A DNA stretch of 27,389 bases. Origin: a virus (lineage: Duplodnaviria; Caudoviricetes). The notes below the pieces were generated by a model that did no database searches, was not told the origin of the DNA, and worked only from the letters and a program-made list of their open reading frames with translations. Shown piece by piece: positions 1 to 8,318 of this stretch. The stretch covers positions 1 to 27,389 of IMG/VR virus record IMGVR_UViG_3300037461_000702. One strand, given 5' to 3'. Made by a program: the position numbers and the translations under genes. How positions within the stretch are numbered: the stretch's first letter is position 1; each line of letters starts with the position of its first letter.

Positions 1-4
1 TAAT

Positions 5-763
5 ATGATTTATGATAATAACTATATATTTTTGCCAAATGAAATATTTGACGATTTATTAAAATTAAAATATAGACGCGAATCTCATTTTATATTTACT
101 ATTAGTTATTATTGTTTAATAAGTTTTCTATATAGATTTCATTATGATTTTATTTCACCAAGAGAAATTAAAAAGATGTTAGGTTACAATCCAGATTATA
201 AAGATATTGATTATATAATCAAGAAAGATGGATTATTAGATAAGTTTGGATATACCGTAAGTACTTCTGATCATCCAATAGAATTTAAAAGAGATAATTT
301 ACTTGGAGATATAATAAGAACAATCAGTGAATACAACAAAGATGATGATAAATATAGAGGTACTTCACATAGACAACAAATTAAACTTCCTGTGAAATGT
401 ATGCATAGAACAAGAAGAGATTTAAAAAACAATGAATTAACAGGTACATATTTTTATTCTGACAATGCAATTAAACTAGAATATAAAACATTTATGGATA
501 TTATTAAAAATAAAGAGTTAGGATGCAGTGGATTTTTAATTTATTTATTTATCAGAAAACATTATCAAGGATTAATGATGGGATATGAAAATATTGCCAA
601 TAATTTACTAATGACAAAAATGACTGTGATTAATAAAATCAAAATATTAAAGGATTTGGGGTATATAAATGTTAAAATACATAGGAGTTATCCAGATAAT
701 AATAAATGTAACATTTACAACGCTGTTATACCAATGGATGAACCACAGTGTAATTTTCTATAG
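5..763 (+). CDS. Putative DNA-binding/replication initiator-like protein with C-terminal winged HTH (may extend 5' of window)
   Basis: 252-aa ORF. C-terminal 'GYENIANNLLMTKMTVINKIKILKDLGYI...N.Y' is wHTH-like. Lies directly upstream of an AT-rich inverted-repeat region and a helicase. Function is inferred. Confidence 0.5.
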   Translation: MIYDNNYIFLPNEIFDDLLKLKYRRESHFIFTISYYCLISFLYRFHYDFISPREIKKMLGYNPDYKDIDYIIKKDGLLDKFGYTVSTSDHPIEFKRDNLLGDIIRTISEYNKDDDKYRGTSHRQQIKLPVKCMHRTRRDLKNNELTGTYFYSDNAIKLEYKTFMDIIKNKELGCSGFLIYLFIRKHYQGLMMGYENIANNLLMTKMTVINKIKILKDLGYINVKIHRSYPDNNKCNIYNAVIPMDEPQCNFL

Positions 764-897
764 GTTAGATTATTATACATCATATAAGAGTAGTTATTAT
801 AATATAATTAATATAATACATATAATAATATATATAATTAATAATATATATATTATATATATAATACTCTTTTATATGATATATAATAGTATCACCT
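762..897. repeat. Long imperfect inverted repeat enclosing an almost pure A/T tract; candidate replication origin
   Basis: Arm TATTATACATCATATAAGAGTA (771-792) pairs with TACTCTTTTATATGATATATAATA (865-888), extendable via AGGT..GAT / ATC.ACCT. Bases 794-866 contain a single non-A/T base. Confidence 0.55.
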
Positions 898-954
898 TTA
901 GAAAAAAAATAATCTTAAACTGATTGATATAACTAATTTAGGAGGCTACATATA

Positions 955-3900
955 ATGTTAAATAACGATAGATTGTACGATACACAACAATTAAACAATA
1001 ATAATCAAGATAAAAAAGAAAATATTTCCATTGTTGAAGGAAAAATTGTTAATAATAATGGTTTTTATGATTTAAAAGTTCAGCCACATACAAATAGATT
1101 CTATAGTGATGAAAGTAATTATGGTATTTATATCTGTTATGATCTTGATAGACCTGAAGTAAAACAAGGTAAATTTGGAGAGCAACAAGAATCATATAGT
1201 GATATAACCATTCTTGGCAATATGCCAAAGCTAACACTAGGGAGAGATTATATGGCTGTTGGAGAATTGGTTCATAATAAAAACTATGGAGAACAATTTA
1301 AGATACATAGCATATTTAGCAATGAGGTAAATACATCCGAAGATGAAAAAAGTATGATATATGAGTTTGTGTCACAGAGTATATACGATCAAATAGTTGA
1401 ATTATATGAATTTCCAATTACCTCTCTGTTAAAAGGGGAATTTGATTATAATAAAATCAATGGCATGGGTAAAACCAGATATTCTTCTCTGTTGAAAAAA
1501 GCCAATGATAGTCAAAAATACATTAAAGCTATGAATGAATTAAGCGGATATGGAATCTCGTTTAATGTAATTAAATCTATTGTTGAAAGATATGGTTCAT
1601 CTGAATTGGCTGTTAAAAAGGTTAAAGAAAACCCATATATACTTTATCATGATGTTAAAGGTATTGGATTTCATAAAGCCGATACTATTGCAAAGGCTGT
1701 TGGACTTCAACATAATTGTTTACAAAGAATATTGGCTGGTATAGTTTATGCTTTAGAACTAGAAGAGTACGGAGGCAATACATGGGGTTATATAAAAAAT
1801 GTAAAAGATAAAGCAGAAGAGGTATTATGTTTATCTATAAAAAGCACTGATTTTGATGAATGCTTTCAGGATAAAATGTTTTATGTCGATGAACAAAGAA
1901 TTGCTATGAAACAACTATGGAACTGCGAAAATATTATTGCGGAAGAATTGAATAGAATTTATTGTAATAATGTCAAACATTTATTCTCTGTTGAAGAAGT
2001 TGAAGAAAACATTATAAGAATTGAAAAAGAATTAAATATAAAATATACAGATAAACAAAAAAAGTTATTTTATATAATCAATGATAATAATATATCTGTA
2101 TTGACAGGATATGCTGGAACTGGTAAGTGTGTGCATGGAGACACATATATTTATACTGATAAAGGCATGATTAAAATTAAAGACATACCTAAACATTATG
2201 ATGTTTCAAATACATCTTGCACAAGTAATGTGATTAGTTATAATTTAAATGGTAGCAAAAATATTTCAAAAACATCAAATTGGTATGATATTGGTATATC
2301 TGATACGATTAAAATAAAAACCTCGCAGGGATATGAAATAGAAGGAACTTATGAGCATCCAATTATTATTATGGATGTAGATGGTAATTTAAAATTTAAA
2401 AAAATAGCAGACATTATAAATACGGATATAATAGCAGTTTCAAAAAATAATAATTTATGGGGTGATAATTTTGTAGATTTAGACATTGCTTATGTTATGG
2501 GTGTTTTAATTGGGGATGGTTCGTTGAATGGTGTAAATTACAAAAATTCAAGTTATCAAATTTCTTATTCTAAAACAGATAATTATATGTCTAGTAATAT
2601 CAATGGAATATTATATGAAAAATTTCCAATAACCAAGATAGGAAGAAGAGAAACTGAAAATAAAAGCAGTGTGGAACATGTATTTTCTAATAAACAAACA
2701 CATAATCAACTTTCTGATCTTGGTATGTGCTGGACTACTTCAGAACATAAATATATACCAGAATCAATATTAACATCAAAAAAAGAATGCGTAGCTTCAT
2801 TTTTACAAGGCTTATTTGATACCGATGCTTCCGTTAGCACTAAAGGAATAATAGAATATTCAACAGCATCTTATTTATTGGCAAAGCAAGTTCATTTAAT
2901 ATTATTGAATTTTGGTATTATTAGTAGATTACATACAAAAAATGTAAAAGGTAAAGATTATTATATCATTGATATAACCAGTGAATTTTTAAGACAATTT
3001 AAATATAATATAGGTTTTAGATTCTGTTTGCATAAATTAAGTAACTTAAATTTATGTTTGGATCGTAATATTAATCCAAATTTAGATGTATTATATTATC
3101 AAAATAATAATATAAAAAATAATATTCATAAACAAATACTCGGCAAGCCATATTATAAAAAGCATAATAATAATTATAATATTAAATGCAAAGATGGAAT
3201 GACTCGAAGTTTAATGCATATATTCGATAACAGGGGAAGGAATTGCAGTAATTATTTAATAAAAAATATAATTGAATCTATAGATATATCAAATCCAATG
3301 ATAGATTATTTATATAACATATCAAATAATATCTTTTTTGATAAAATTCAATCTATTGAGCAAGGTAAGGCAAATGTTTATGATTTTACTGTTGAAAATA
3401 CGCATAATTTTATATCCAATGGATTTATAAGTCATAATACATTCACACTTAATGGATGTTTGAAAATGGTTGAAGATAAACTGTTTAATATAGTTTTATG
3501 TTCACCAGCTGCTAAAGCTGCAAAGGTTTTATCTAAATCAACCAACCGAACAGCAAAAACAATACATAGAACACTAGGTTGGAAACAAGGAATGTTTGAA
3601 TATAATAAACATAACAAACTTAGATGTGATTTAATGATTGTTGATGAAGCCAGTATGGTCGATATATATCTGTTTAAAAACTTGCTGGAGGCATTGCCAG
3701 ATGGATGCAGATTGATTATTGTTGGAGATACAGCACAATTAGAATCTGTTTCTGTTGGAAATGTACTGCATGACGTAATTAATTCAAAATGTTTTCCTGT
3801 TGTTGCGTTAACAGATGTGTTTAGACAGGCATTAGATAGCGGAATATTAAATATAGCAACTATGATTCGACAGGGAAAGAAATTTTATAAAGAAAGTGAT

Positions 3901-4587
3901 TATGTTTTAGAAGATGGTGTTAAAAAGGATTTTAAAGCATGGTTTGGAGTGAAGGATGAATCATGTAAAAGAGTAAAAATGTTTTATAGCGAATTAATGA
4001 AATCATGGAATATTGAAGATATACTTGTTGTTTCTCCTATGAAGGTAGGGCAATCAGGTATTGTTAATTTAAATAAAGAACTTCAGGAAGTTGTCAATCC
4101 ACCTGAAAAATATAAAAAAGAAATCAACACAGGTAAATTTATATTTAGAGTTGGAGATAAAGTAAGACATACTAAAAACGATTATAGAGCCGAATGGTTA
4201 GATGAAAATTATGAAGTTGTTGAATATGGAATTGGTGTTTTTAATGGTGATTTTGGAGTGATTAAAGAGATTACGAGAGACAATATTATCTATGTTGATT
4301 ACGGCGATATGATTATTGAATATGGTAAACCATATAAAAATTTAGATTTAGCTTATGCTATAACTGTACACTCAAGTCAAGGAAGTCAAAGCCCTGTTGT
4401 TATAGGTGTAATTGATACAAGTCATTATATGAATTTAAAGCGCAATTTGCTTTATACAATGTTTACAAGGGCTGAAAGTAAATTATATGTTGTTGCTGAT
4501 AAAAAAGCTTTAGGTATTGCGATGTGGAATAATACGATACCTAAAAAGCAGACATTTTTAGAGGAAAGAATAAAAGAAATTTTATAA
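955..4587 (+). CDS. recD2: RecD2-like SF1B DNA helicase, intein-containing
   Basis: GGAGG RBS at 941-945. N-terminal 'NYGEQF' and HhH 'VKENPYILYHDVKGIGFHKADTIA'. Walker A GYAGTGK|T is split by the intein. Also 'AKTIHRTL', 'IVDEASM', 'GDTAQLESV', 'FRQA', 'FNGDFG', 'AYAITVHSSQGSQ', 'LLYTMFTRA'. Confidence 0.93.
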   Translation: MLNNDRLYDTQQLNNNNQDKKENISIVEGKIVNNNGFYDLKVQPHTNRFYSDESNYGIYICYDLDRPEVKQGKFGEQQESYSDITILGNMPKLTLGRDYMAVGELVHNKNYGEQFKIHSIFSNEVNTSEDEKSMIYEFVSQSIYDQIVELYEFPITSLLKGEFDYNKINGMGKTRYSSLLKKANDSQKYIKAMNELSGYGISFNVIKSIVERYGSSELAVKKVKENPYILYHDVKGIGFHKADTIAKAVGLQHNCLQRILAGIVYALELEEYGGNTWGYIKNVKDKAEEVLCLSIKSTDFDECFQDKMFYVDEQRIAMKQLWNCENIIAEELNRIYCNNVKHLFSVEEVEENIIRIEKELNIKYTDKQKKLFYIINDNNISVLTGYAGTGKCVHGDTYIYTDKGMIKIKDIPKHYDVSNTSCTSNVISYNLNGSKNISKTSNWYDIGISDTIKIKTSQGYEIEGTYEHPIIIMDVDGNLKFKKIADIINTDIIAVSKNNNLWGDNFVDLDIAYVMGVLIGDGSLNGVNYKNSSYQISYSKTDNYMSSNINGILYEKFPITKIGRRETENKSSVEHVFSNKQTHNQLSDLGMCWTTSEHKYIPESILTSKKECVASFLQGLFDTDASVSTKGIIEYSTASYLLAKQVHLILLNFGIISRLHTKNVKGKDYYIIDITSEFLRQFKYNIGFRFCLHKLSNLNLCLDRNINPNLDVLYYQNNNIKNNIHKQILGKPYYKKHNNNYNIKCKDGMTRSLMHIFDNRGRNCSNYLIKNIIESIDISNPMIDYLYNISNNIFFDKIQSIEQGKANVYDFTVENTHNFISNGFISHNTFTLNGCLKMVEDKLFNIVLCSPAAKAAKVLSKSTNRTAKTIHRTLGWKQGMFEYNKHNKLRCDLMIVDEASMVDIYLFKNLLEALPDGCRLIIVGDTAQLESVSVGNVLHDVINSKCFPVVALTDVFRQALDSGILNIATMIRQGKKFYKESDYVLEDGVKKDFKAWFGVKDESCKRVKMFYSELMKSWNIEDILVVSPMKVGQSGIVNLNKELQEVVNPPEKYKKEINTGKFIFRVGDKVRHTKNDYRAEWLDENYEVVEYGIGVFNGDFGVIKEITRDNIIYVDYGDMIIEYGKPYKNLDLAYAITVHSSQGSQSPVVIGVIDTSHYMNLKRNLLYTMFTRAESKLYVVADKKALGIAMWNNTIPKKQTFLEERIKEIL
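2128..3438 (+). mobile_element. Intein (437 aa) with LAGLIDADG homing endonuclease
   Basis: Starts 'CVHGDTYIYT' right after GTGK. Block B 'GTYEHPII'; LAGLIDADG motifs 'MGVLIGDGS' and 'FLQGLFDTDAS'. Ends 'VYDFTVENTHNFISNGFISHN' with Thr at +1; removal restores GYAGTGKT. Confidence 0.95.
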
Positions 4588-4631
4588 ATAAATTATTATA
4601 TAAATTTTTTAAAATATATTTTAAAAAACTA

Positions 4632-4660
4632 TTGACAATTTAATTTTTATATAGTATAAT
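4632..4660 (+). promoter_or_regulatory. Consensus sigma-A/sigma-70 promoter
   Basis: TTGACA (4632-4637), 17-nt spacer, TATAAT (4655-4660), AT-rich upstream sequence. Confidence 0.85.
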
Positions 4661-4721
4661 TTAATTGTGGATGATTGATTTTAGTATTTGTTTATTTTTT
4701 CATTGTAACCCTCCTTTCACT

Positions 4722-4750
4722 GGTGTCTAGGGCGGCATAACCTAGACACC
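4722..4750 (+). other. GC-rich stem-loop in leader, preceded by an anti-SD tract
   Basis: GGTGTCTAGG (4722-4731) / CCTAGACACC (4741-4750): perfect 10-bp stem with a 9-nt loop. Confidence 0.75.
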
Positions 4751-4788
4751 TTCAATATAAGGGAGTAAAATTATTTAGGGAGAAAAAA

Positions 4789-5184
4789 ATGAGTGAGAAT
4801 ATTGTAAATATAGAAAACATAGAAAGTACAGAAGATACAATAAATGAAAATACGGAAAATACAGATAAAACATTAATTTTAAATTGTTTTAATTGTAAGT
4901 ATGCTGAAATAAGTCCATTTAATTGTGTTTGTAATAGAAATGTGTTTGTAAATGGAACGAAAGTACTGATACATAAAGATAAACAATATGTGAATTGTCC
5001 AGTGCATTCAGATATTGTTATTGAAGATAATGTTGATGATGAATATGAAGTTAGATACAACAGATGTTCATCATGTAATAGGCAAGTGAAAGATAACAAC
5101 AAATTAATTATAATATATAACAAGGACAATGGCGAAAATGCCGAATTGTGTCCAATTTGTTTTGAAAGATTTAATTTGATTTGA
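4789..5184 (+). CDS. Hypothetical Cys-rich (Zn-finger-like) protein
   Basis: 131 aa with CFNC, CVC, CPVH, CSSC and CPIC motifs. GGGAG RBS upstream. Confidence 0.7.
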   Translation: MSENIVNIENIESTEDTINENTENTDKTLILNCFNCKYAEISPFNCVCNRNVFVNGTKVLIHKDKQYVNCPVHSDIVIEDNVDDEYEVRYNRCSSCNRQVKDNNKLIIIYNKDNGENAELCPICFERFNLI

Positions 5185-5207
5185 TTTTATTTGGAGGTTG
5201 GGAATAT

Positions 5208-6347
5208 ATGGGGTTTCCTACAAAGGGCTTTAAAGGTAAGATAGATAACAAAGGCATTCCTGATTTTTTATCACAATTAGATTTTAGTTTATCACAGGAA
5301 GATAGGATAAAATTAGTAGAAGATATTTTATATACACAGGAATGCAATAATGATACAGTCAAAGACAAATTTCTTGATAAATATTATGAAACTTATTTTG
5401 ATGAAAAATTTAATAGCAATCCAAATCAAAAAGATTATTTAAGCCATGACAATAATGTTTGTAATTCATTAGAAGCTATGGCTAATTATATTTTATTTGC
5501 CGATGATACCGAAAAAGTAAAAAAGACTAAATATAATTTTTACACTGTCGAGCAACTTAAAAAAATATGCAAACATGAGGTTTCACTTCAAGAATTAGTT
5601 GAAAAAACTTATAAAGATGTGAAAGATGAGAATATAATAAATTTTATAAAAAATTCTGTAACTAATCATAAAAAAGAAATTAAGCAATATATAAGCAAGC
5701 AAGACATTAAAGATATTGAGGCAATTCGGGACTATGAAAAATATAAAAGCAAATTGTATAAAAAATTAGTAGAATTAAGAAACGATAAAACAGATAAAAA
5801 ATTACAAAAATTTATTTTAAATATATTAAAAGATATTAAGAGTGATCAAATTTACTGTAAAGATACTTTAAAGGGAGTTATATATTTTAAATCACCGCTT
5901 AATGATAGTACTGATATTGATTATGAACAATTTGATTTTTTAGATTTCAAGCATGTCAAGGAATTGCTTGGCTGTAACAATACCAATGTATTAACTGATT
6001 TAGGTTGTTTGGGGCAATATTTAAATCAAATTATTGAAGATTTAAATTTAAGCGATGATGAAAGATTGGTTTTGGATTTATATCATTCTCACAATGTTAA
6101 TCAAGAAGATATTGCCATTGAATTAGGATTCTCACAGCAATATGTTAGTAAGATAATAAATAAGATTACCAATAAAGTAATTAAAGCTTATTTTAAACTT
6201 TTAGAGGATTGGTATTATACAGAAGTTTGTAAAGGAACTTATAAACAGTGTTCTAAGTGTGGAGAAATTAAATTAATAAGTAGATTTGACAAAGACAAAA
6301 ATGGTTGTAATTTGGGATTAAAAGGTGTTTGTAAAAGTTGTAGATAG
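5208..6347 (+). CDS. Putative transcriptional regulator with sigma-70 region-4-type HTH and C-terminal Zn ribbon
   Basis: GGAGG at 5193-5197 supports ATG 5208 rather than 5181. HTH 'LSDDERLVLDLY..NQEDIAIELGFSQQYVSKII'; C-terminal 'CSKCGEIK..F..CKSC'. Confidence 0.7.
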   Translation: MGFPTKGFKGKIDNKGIPDFLSQLDFSLSQEDRIKLVEDILYTQECNNDTVKDKFLDKYYETYFDEKFNSNPNQKDYLSHDNNVCNSLEAMANYILFADDTEKVKKTKYNFYTVEQLKKICKHEVSLQELVEKTYKDVKDENIINFIKNSVTNHKKEIKQYISKQDIKDIEAIRDYEKYKSKLYKKLVELRNDKTDKKLQKFILNILKDIKSDQIYCKDTLKGVIYFKSPLNDSTDIDYEQFDFLDFKHVKELLGCNNTNVLTDLGCLGQYLNQIIEDLNLSDDERLVLDLYHSHNVNQEDIAIELGFSQQYVSKIINKITNKVIKAYFKLLEDWYYTEVCKGTYKQCSKCGEIKLISRFDKDKNGCNLGLKGVCKSCR

Positions 6348-6489
6348 TTATCCGACAAAAGTGGTTGTAAAAGTGCTTAGAAATCTCTTTATATAGTGAG
6401 GGGATATATTTTTTAAAAAACTATTGACAAATTAATTATTATATAAAAAAATGCATTTTATAACAAATTAAATCAAAACGATTGATTGA

Positions 6490-6522
6490 CCTTTGGTAGT
6501 CTACGTGACCCAAGGGCTTTTT
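6490..6522 (+). terminator. Probable intrinsic terminator
   Basis: CCTTTGG/CCAAGGG stem with inner GTC/GAC, followed by TTTTT. Confidence 0.5.
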
Positions 6523-6667
6523 ATAAATCTGAAACGCTTGTTTAAGCCAACAGATATAGATACCGATTACAGAGCGGTTAAACTCCTGTTTGAAGTGTTA
6601 AATTGGACGCAATTTGTAAAAGATGCTATTGCCCTACAAAAATAGGTAGAGTAATAGCACTTGCCTT

Positions 6668-6702
6668 AACAAAACGTATATACTGTACGTTTTTTGTTTT
6701 TT
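6668..6702 (+). terminator. Probable intrinsic terminator
   Basis: AACAAAACGTATA / TGTACGTTTTTTGTT stem running into a T tract. Confidence 0.5.
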
Positions 6703-6730
6703 AAAAATAAATGGATGAAAGGAGAATTTT

Positions 6731-6919
6731 ATGGTAAATATTAAAAAAAGCAACACAATAGAAATTAACGCAAGTGGTTTTCTAACCGATGTAACAGATA
6801 CATCATTAACTTTTGAAGATGAAAAAACTGGTTCGCAAGAACTTGAATTTGCAATTTTAAAAGATTTTATAGGAAAAGAAATCAGATTGAAGATAAGCAA
6901 TAAAGAACCAGTGGTTTAA
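6731..6919 (+). CDS. Small protein resembling the SPbeta YonK family
   Basis: 62 aa; AAGGAG RBS. Pattern 'KK...I...GF......FE.EK......F.ILKDF.GK.I...I' and position upstream of the phosphoesterase/terminase block fit YonK as recalled (not searched). Confidence 0.6.
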   Translation: MVNIKKSNTIEINASGFLTDVTDTSLTFEDEKTGSQELEFAILKDFIGKEIRLKISNKEPVV

Positions 6920-6960
6920 TTTGGAATTAATTAAATATTTTACAATTTAATTAATATATA

Positions 6961-7058
6961 AAGCATGAACGGTCTGTACAACCGAAGCACTCTATGACTC
7001 CAGAGTGCTTTTTTCATGCTTAAAAATAGGAGTCAAATAAAAAATAAGGAGTCAAAAA
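6961..7058 (+). promoter_or_regulatory. Structured 5' leader: three-way junction with loop-RBS pseudoknot
   Basis: P1 6961-6969/7013-7021; P2 6970-6973/6981-6984; P3 6985-6993/7002-7010. Loop TGACTCC is complementary to GGAGTCA at 7029-7035 and 7048-7054. Confidence 0.7.
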
Positions 7059-8318
7059 ATGAAGATTAAAGTATCAGAAGTAGTATTTAGAGAGGATTTA
7101 TATCCAAGAATTCAGCATGATGCAGCATTAGTACAGAAATATTCAGAGAATTTAGATGTGTTGCCGCCAATTGAAATAAATCAACATAATATATTAATTG
7201 ATGGATTTCACAGATGGACAGCATATAAAAAGGCAGAAGTCGAAGAAATAGAAGCAATAATAATTGAAACAAAGTCAGAAGCCGAATTGTTCGCTATGGC
7301 TATAGAAAAGAATAGTAAGCATGGTCAGCAGATGAATGATAAGGATAAGAAAAAGTCAGCTATAAGACTTTATGGTGCGGGAACAGGAATTGATAAAGAT
7401 GAAATAGCGAAAATATTGTCGGTTAGTAAAAGAACTATAAATAGTTATTTAACTGATATTGATAAACAGATAAGAGAAGAACGAAAAGAAAAAGTATTTG
7501 ATATGTATATGAAATGTTTTTCGATGGATGAAATAGCCGAAGAATTAAAGGTAACCAAAGAAACAATATCAAAAGATGTTTGTCAGATTTCGGAGGATGT
7601 TCTTAAATCTGACAAAGTTAAAGCTGAATACCTAGATTCCGATTTCGAAACTCCACTATACAACATATGGACATTTGCAAGGAAAACAAACGATGTAAGT
7701 CATTTTGGAAATACTGAGGTAAGAATAGTAGATAACCTATTATATTTATATACTCAACCATTTGATATAGTCGTTGATCCATTCGGTGGTGGTGGTAGCA
7801 CAATTGATATATGCAAGAAAAGGCTAAGGAGATATTATGTATCAGATAGGAAACCTATAGTTGAACGTGAAGGCGAAATAAGAAAACTAGATATATGTGA
7901 ATCATTGCCAGAACTAAATAAAAGATGGTCAGATGTTACATTAACTTATCTCGATCCACCATACTGGAAACAAGCAGAAGGAGAATATAGTAACGATAAA
8001 GAAGATTTGGCAAATATGAGTCTAAATGATTTTACAAAGAATATATGTTCTGTTGTTGATAGGATAGCAAGCAAGCAAAGTAAGGGAGTTATTGCATTAA
8101 TAATACAGCCTACGCAATGGAAGTCAGATAATAAAGAGTTTACAGACCATGTATTTGACATTATAAAAGGCGTTAAGGCTAAAAACTTAATATTAGAAAA
8201 TAGGATATCATGTCCTTATTCAACACAACAATGCACACCCCAACAAGTTAACTGGGCAAAGGAAAATAAGAAGCTTCTTGTATTATCAAGAGAGTTGATA
8301 GTATGGAGGTTTGTGTAA
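7059..8318 (+). CDS. ParB-like domain + HTH + amino (N6A/N4C) DNA methyltransferase fusion
   Basis: ParB motif 'PPIEIN..ILIDGFHRWTAY'. Two HTH-like segments. SAM-binding 'VVDPFGGGGST' and catalytic 'YLDPPYW'. Confidence 0.85.
   Translation: MKIKVSEVVFREDLYPRIQHDAALVQKYSENLDVLPPIEINQHNILIDGFHRWTAYKKAEVEEIEAIIIETKSEAELFAMAIEKNSKHGQQMNDKDKKKSAIRLYGAGTGIDKDEIAKILSVSKRTINSYLTDIDKQIREERKEKVFDMYMKCFSMDEIAEELKVTKETISKDVCQISEDVLKSDKVKAEYLDSDFETPLYNIWTFARKTNDVSHFGNTEVRIVDNLLYLYTQPFDIVVDPFGGGGSTIDICKKRLRRYYVSDRKPIVEREGEIRKLDICESLPELNKRWSDVTLTYLDPPYWKQAEGEYSNDKEDLANMSLNDFTKNICSVVDRIASKQSKGVIALIIQPTQWKSDNKEFTDHVFDIIKGVKAKNLILENRISCPYSTQQCTPQQVNWAKENKKLLVLSRELIVWRFV

Noticed and set aside
669-923. 84-aa Ile/Tyr/Asn-rich ORF
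   Set aside because: Translation of the A/T-only inverted-repeat tract. It overlaps the upstream gene and has no RBS.
6424-6452. Third consensus sigma-A promoter
   Set aside because: TTGACA is present but there is no TATAAT-like hexamer at 16-18 nt spacing. Kept only as a partial repeat.
6555-6620. tRNA-like 'AGAGCGGTTAAACTC' resembling a D-arm
   Set aside because: No acceptor stem, anticodon arm or TTCGA T-loop could be built.
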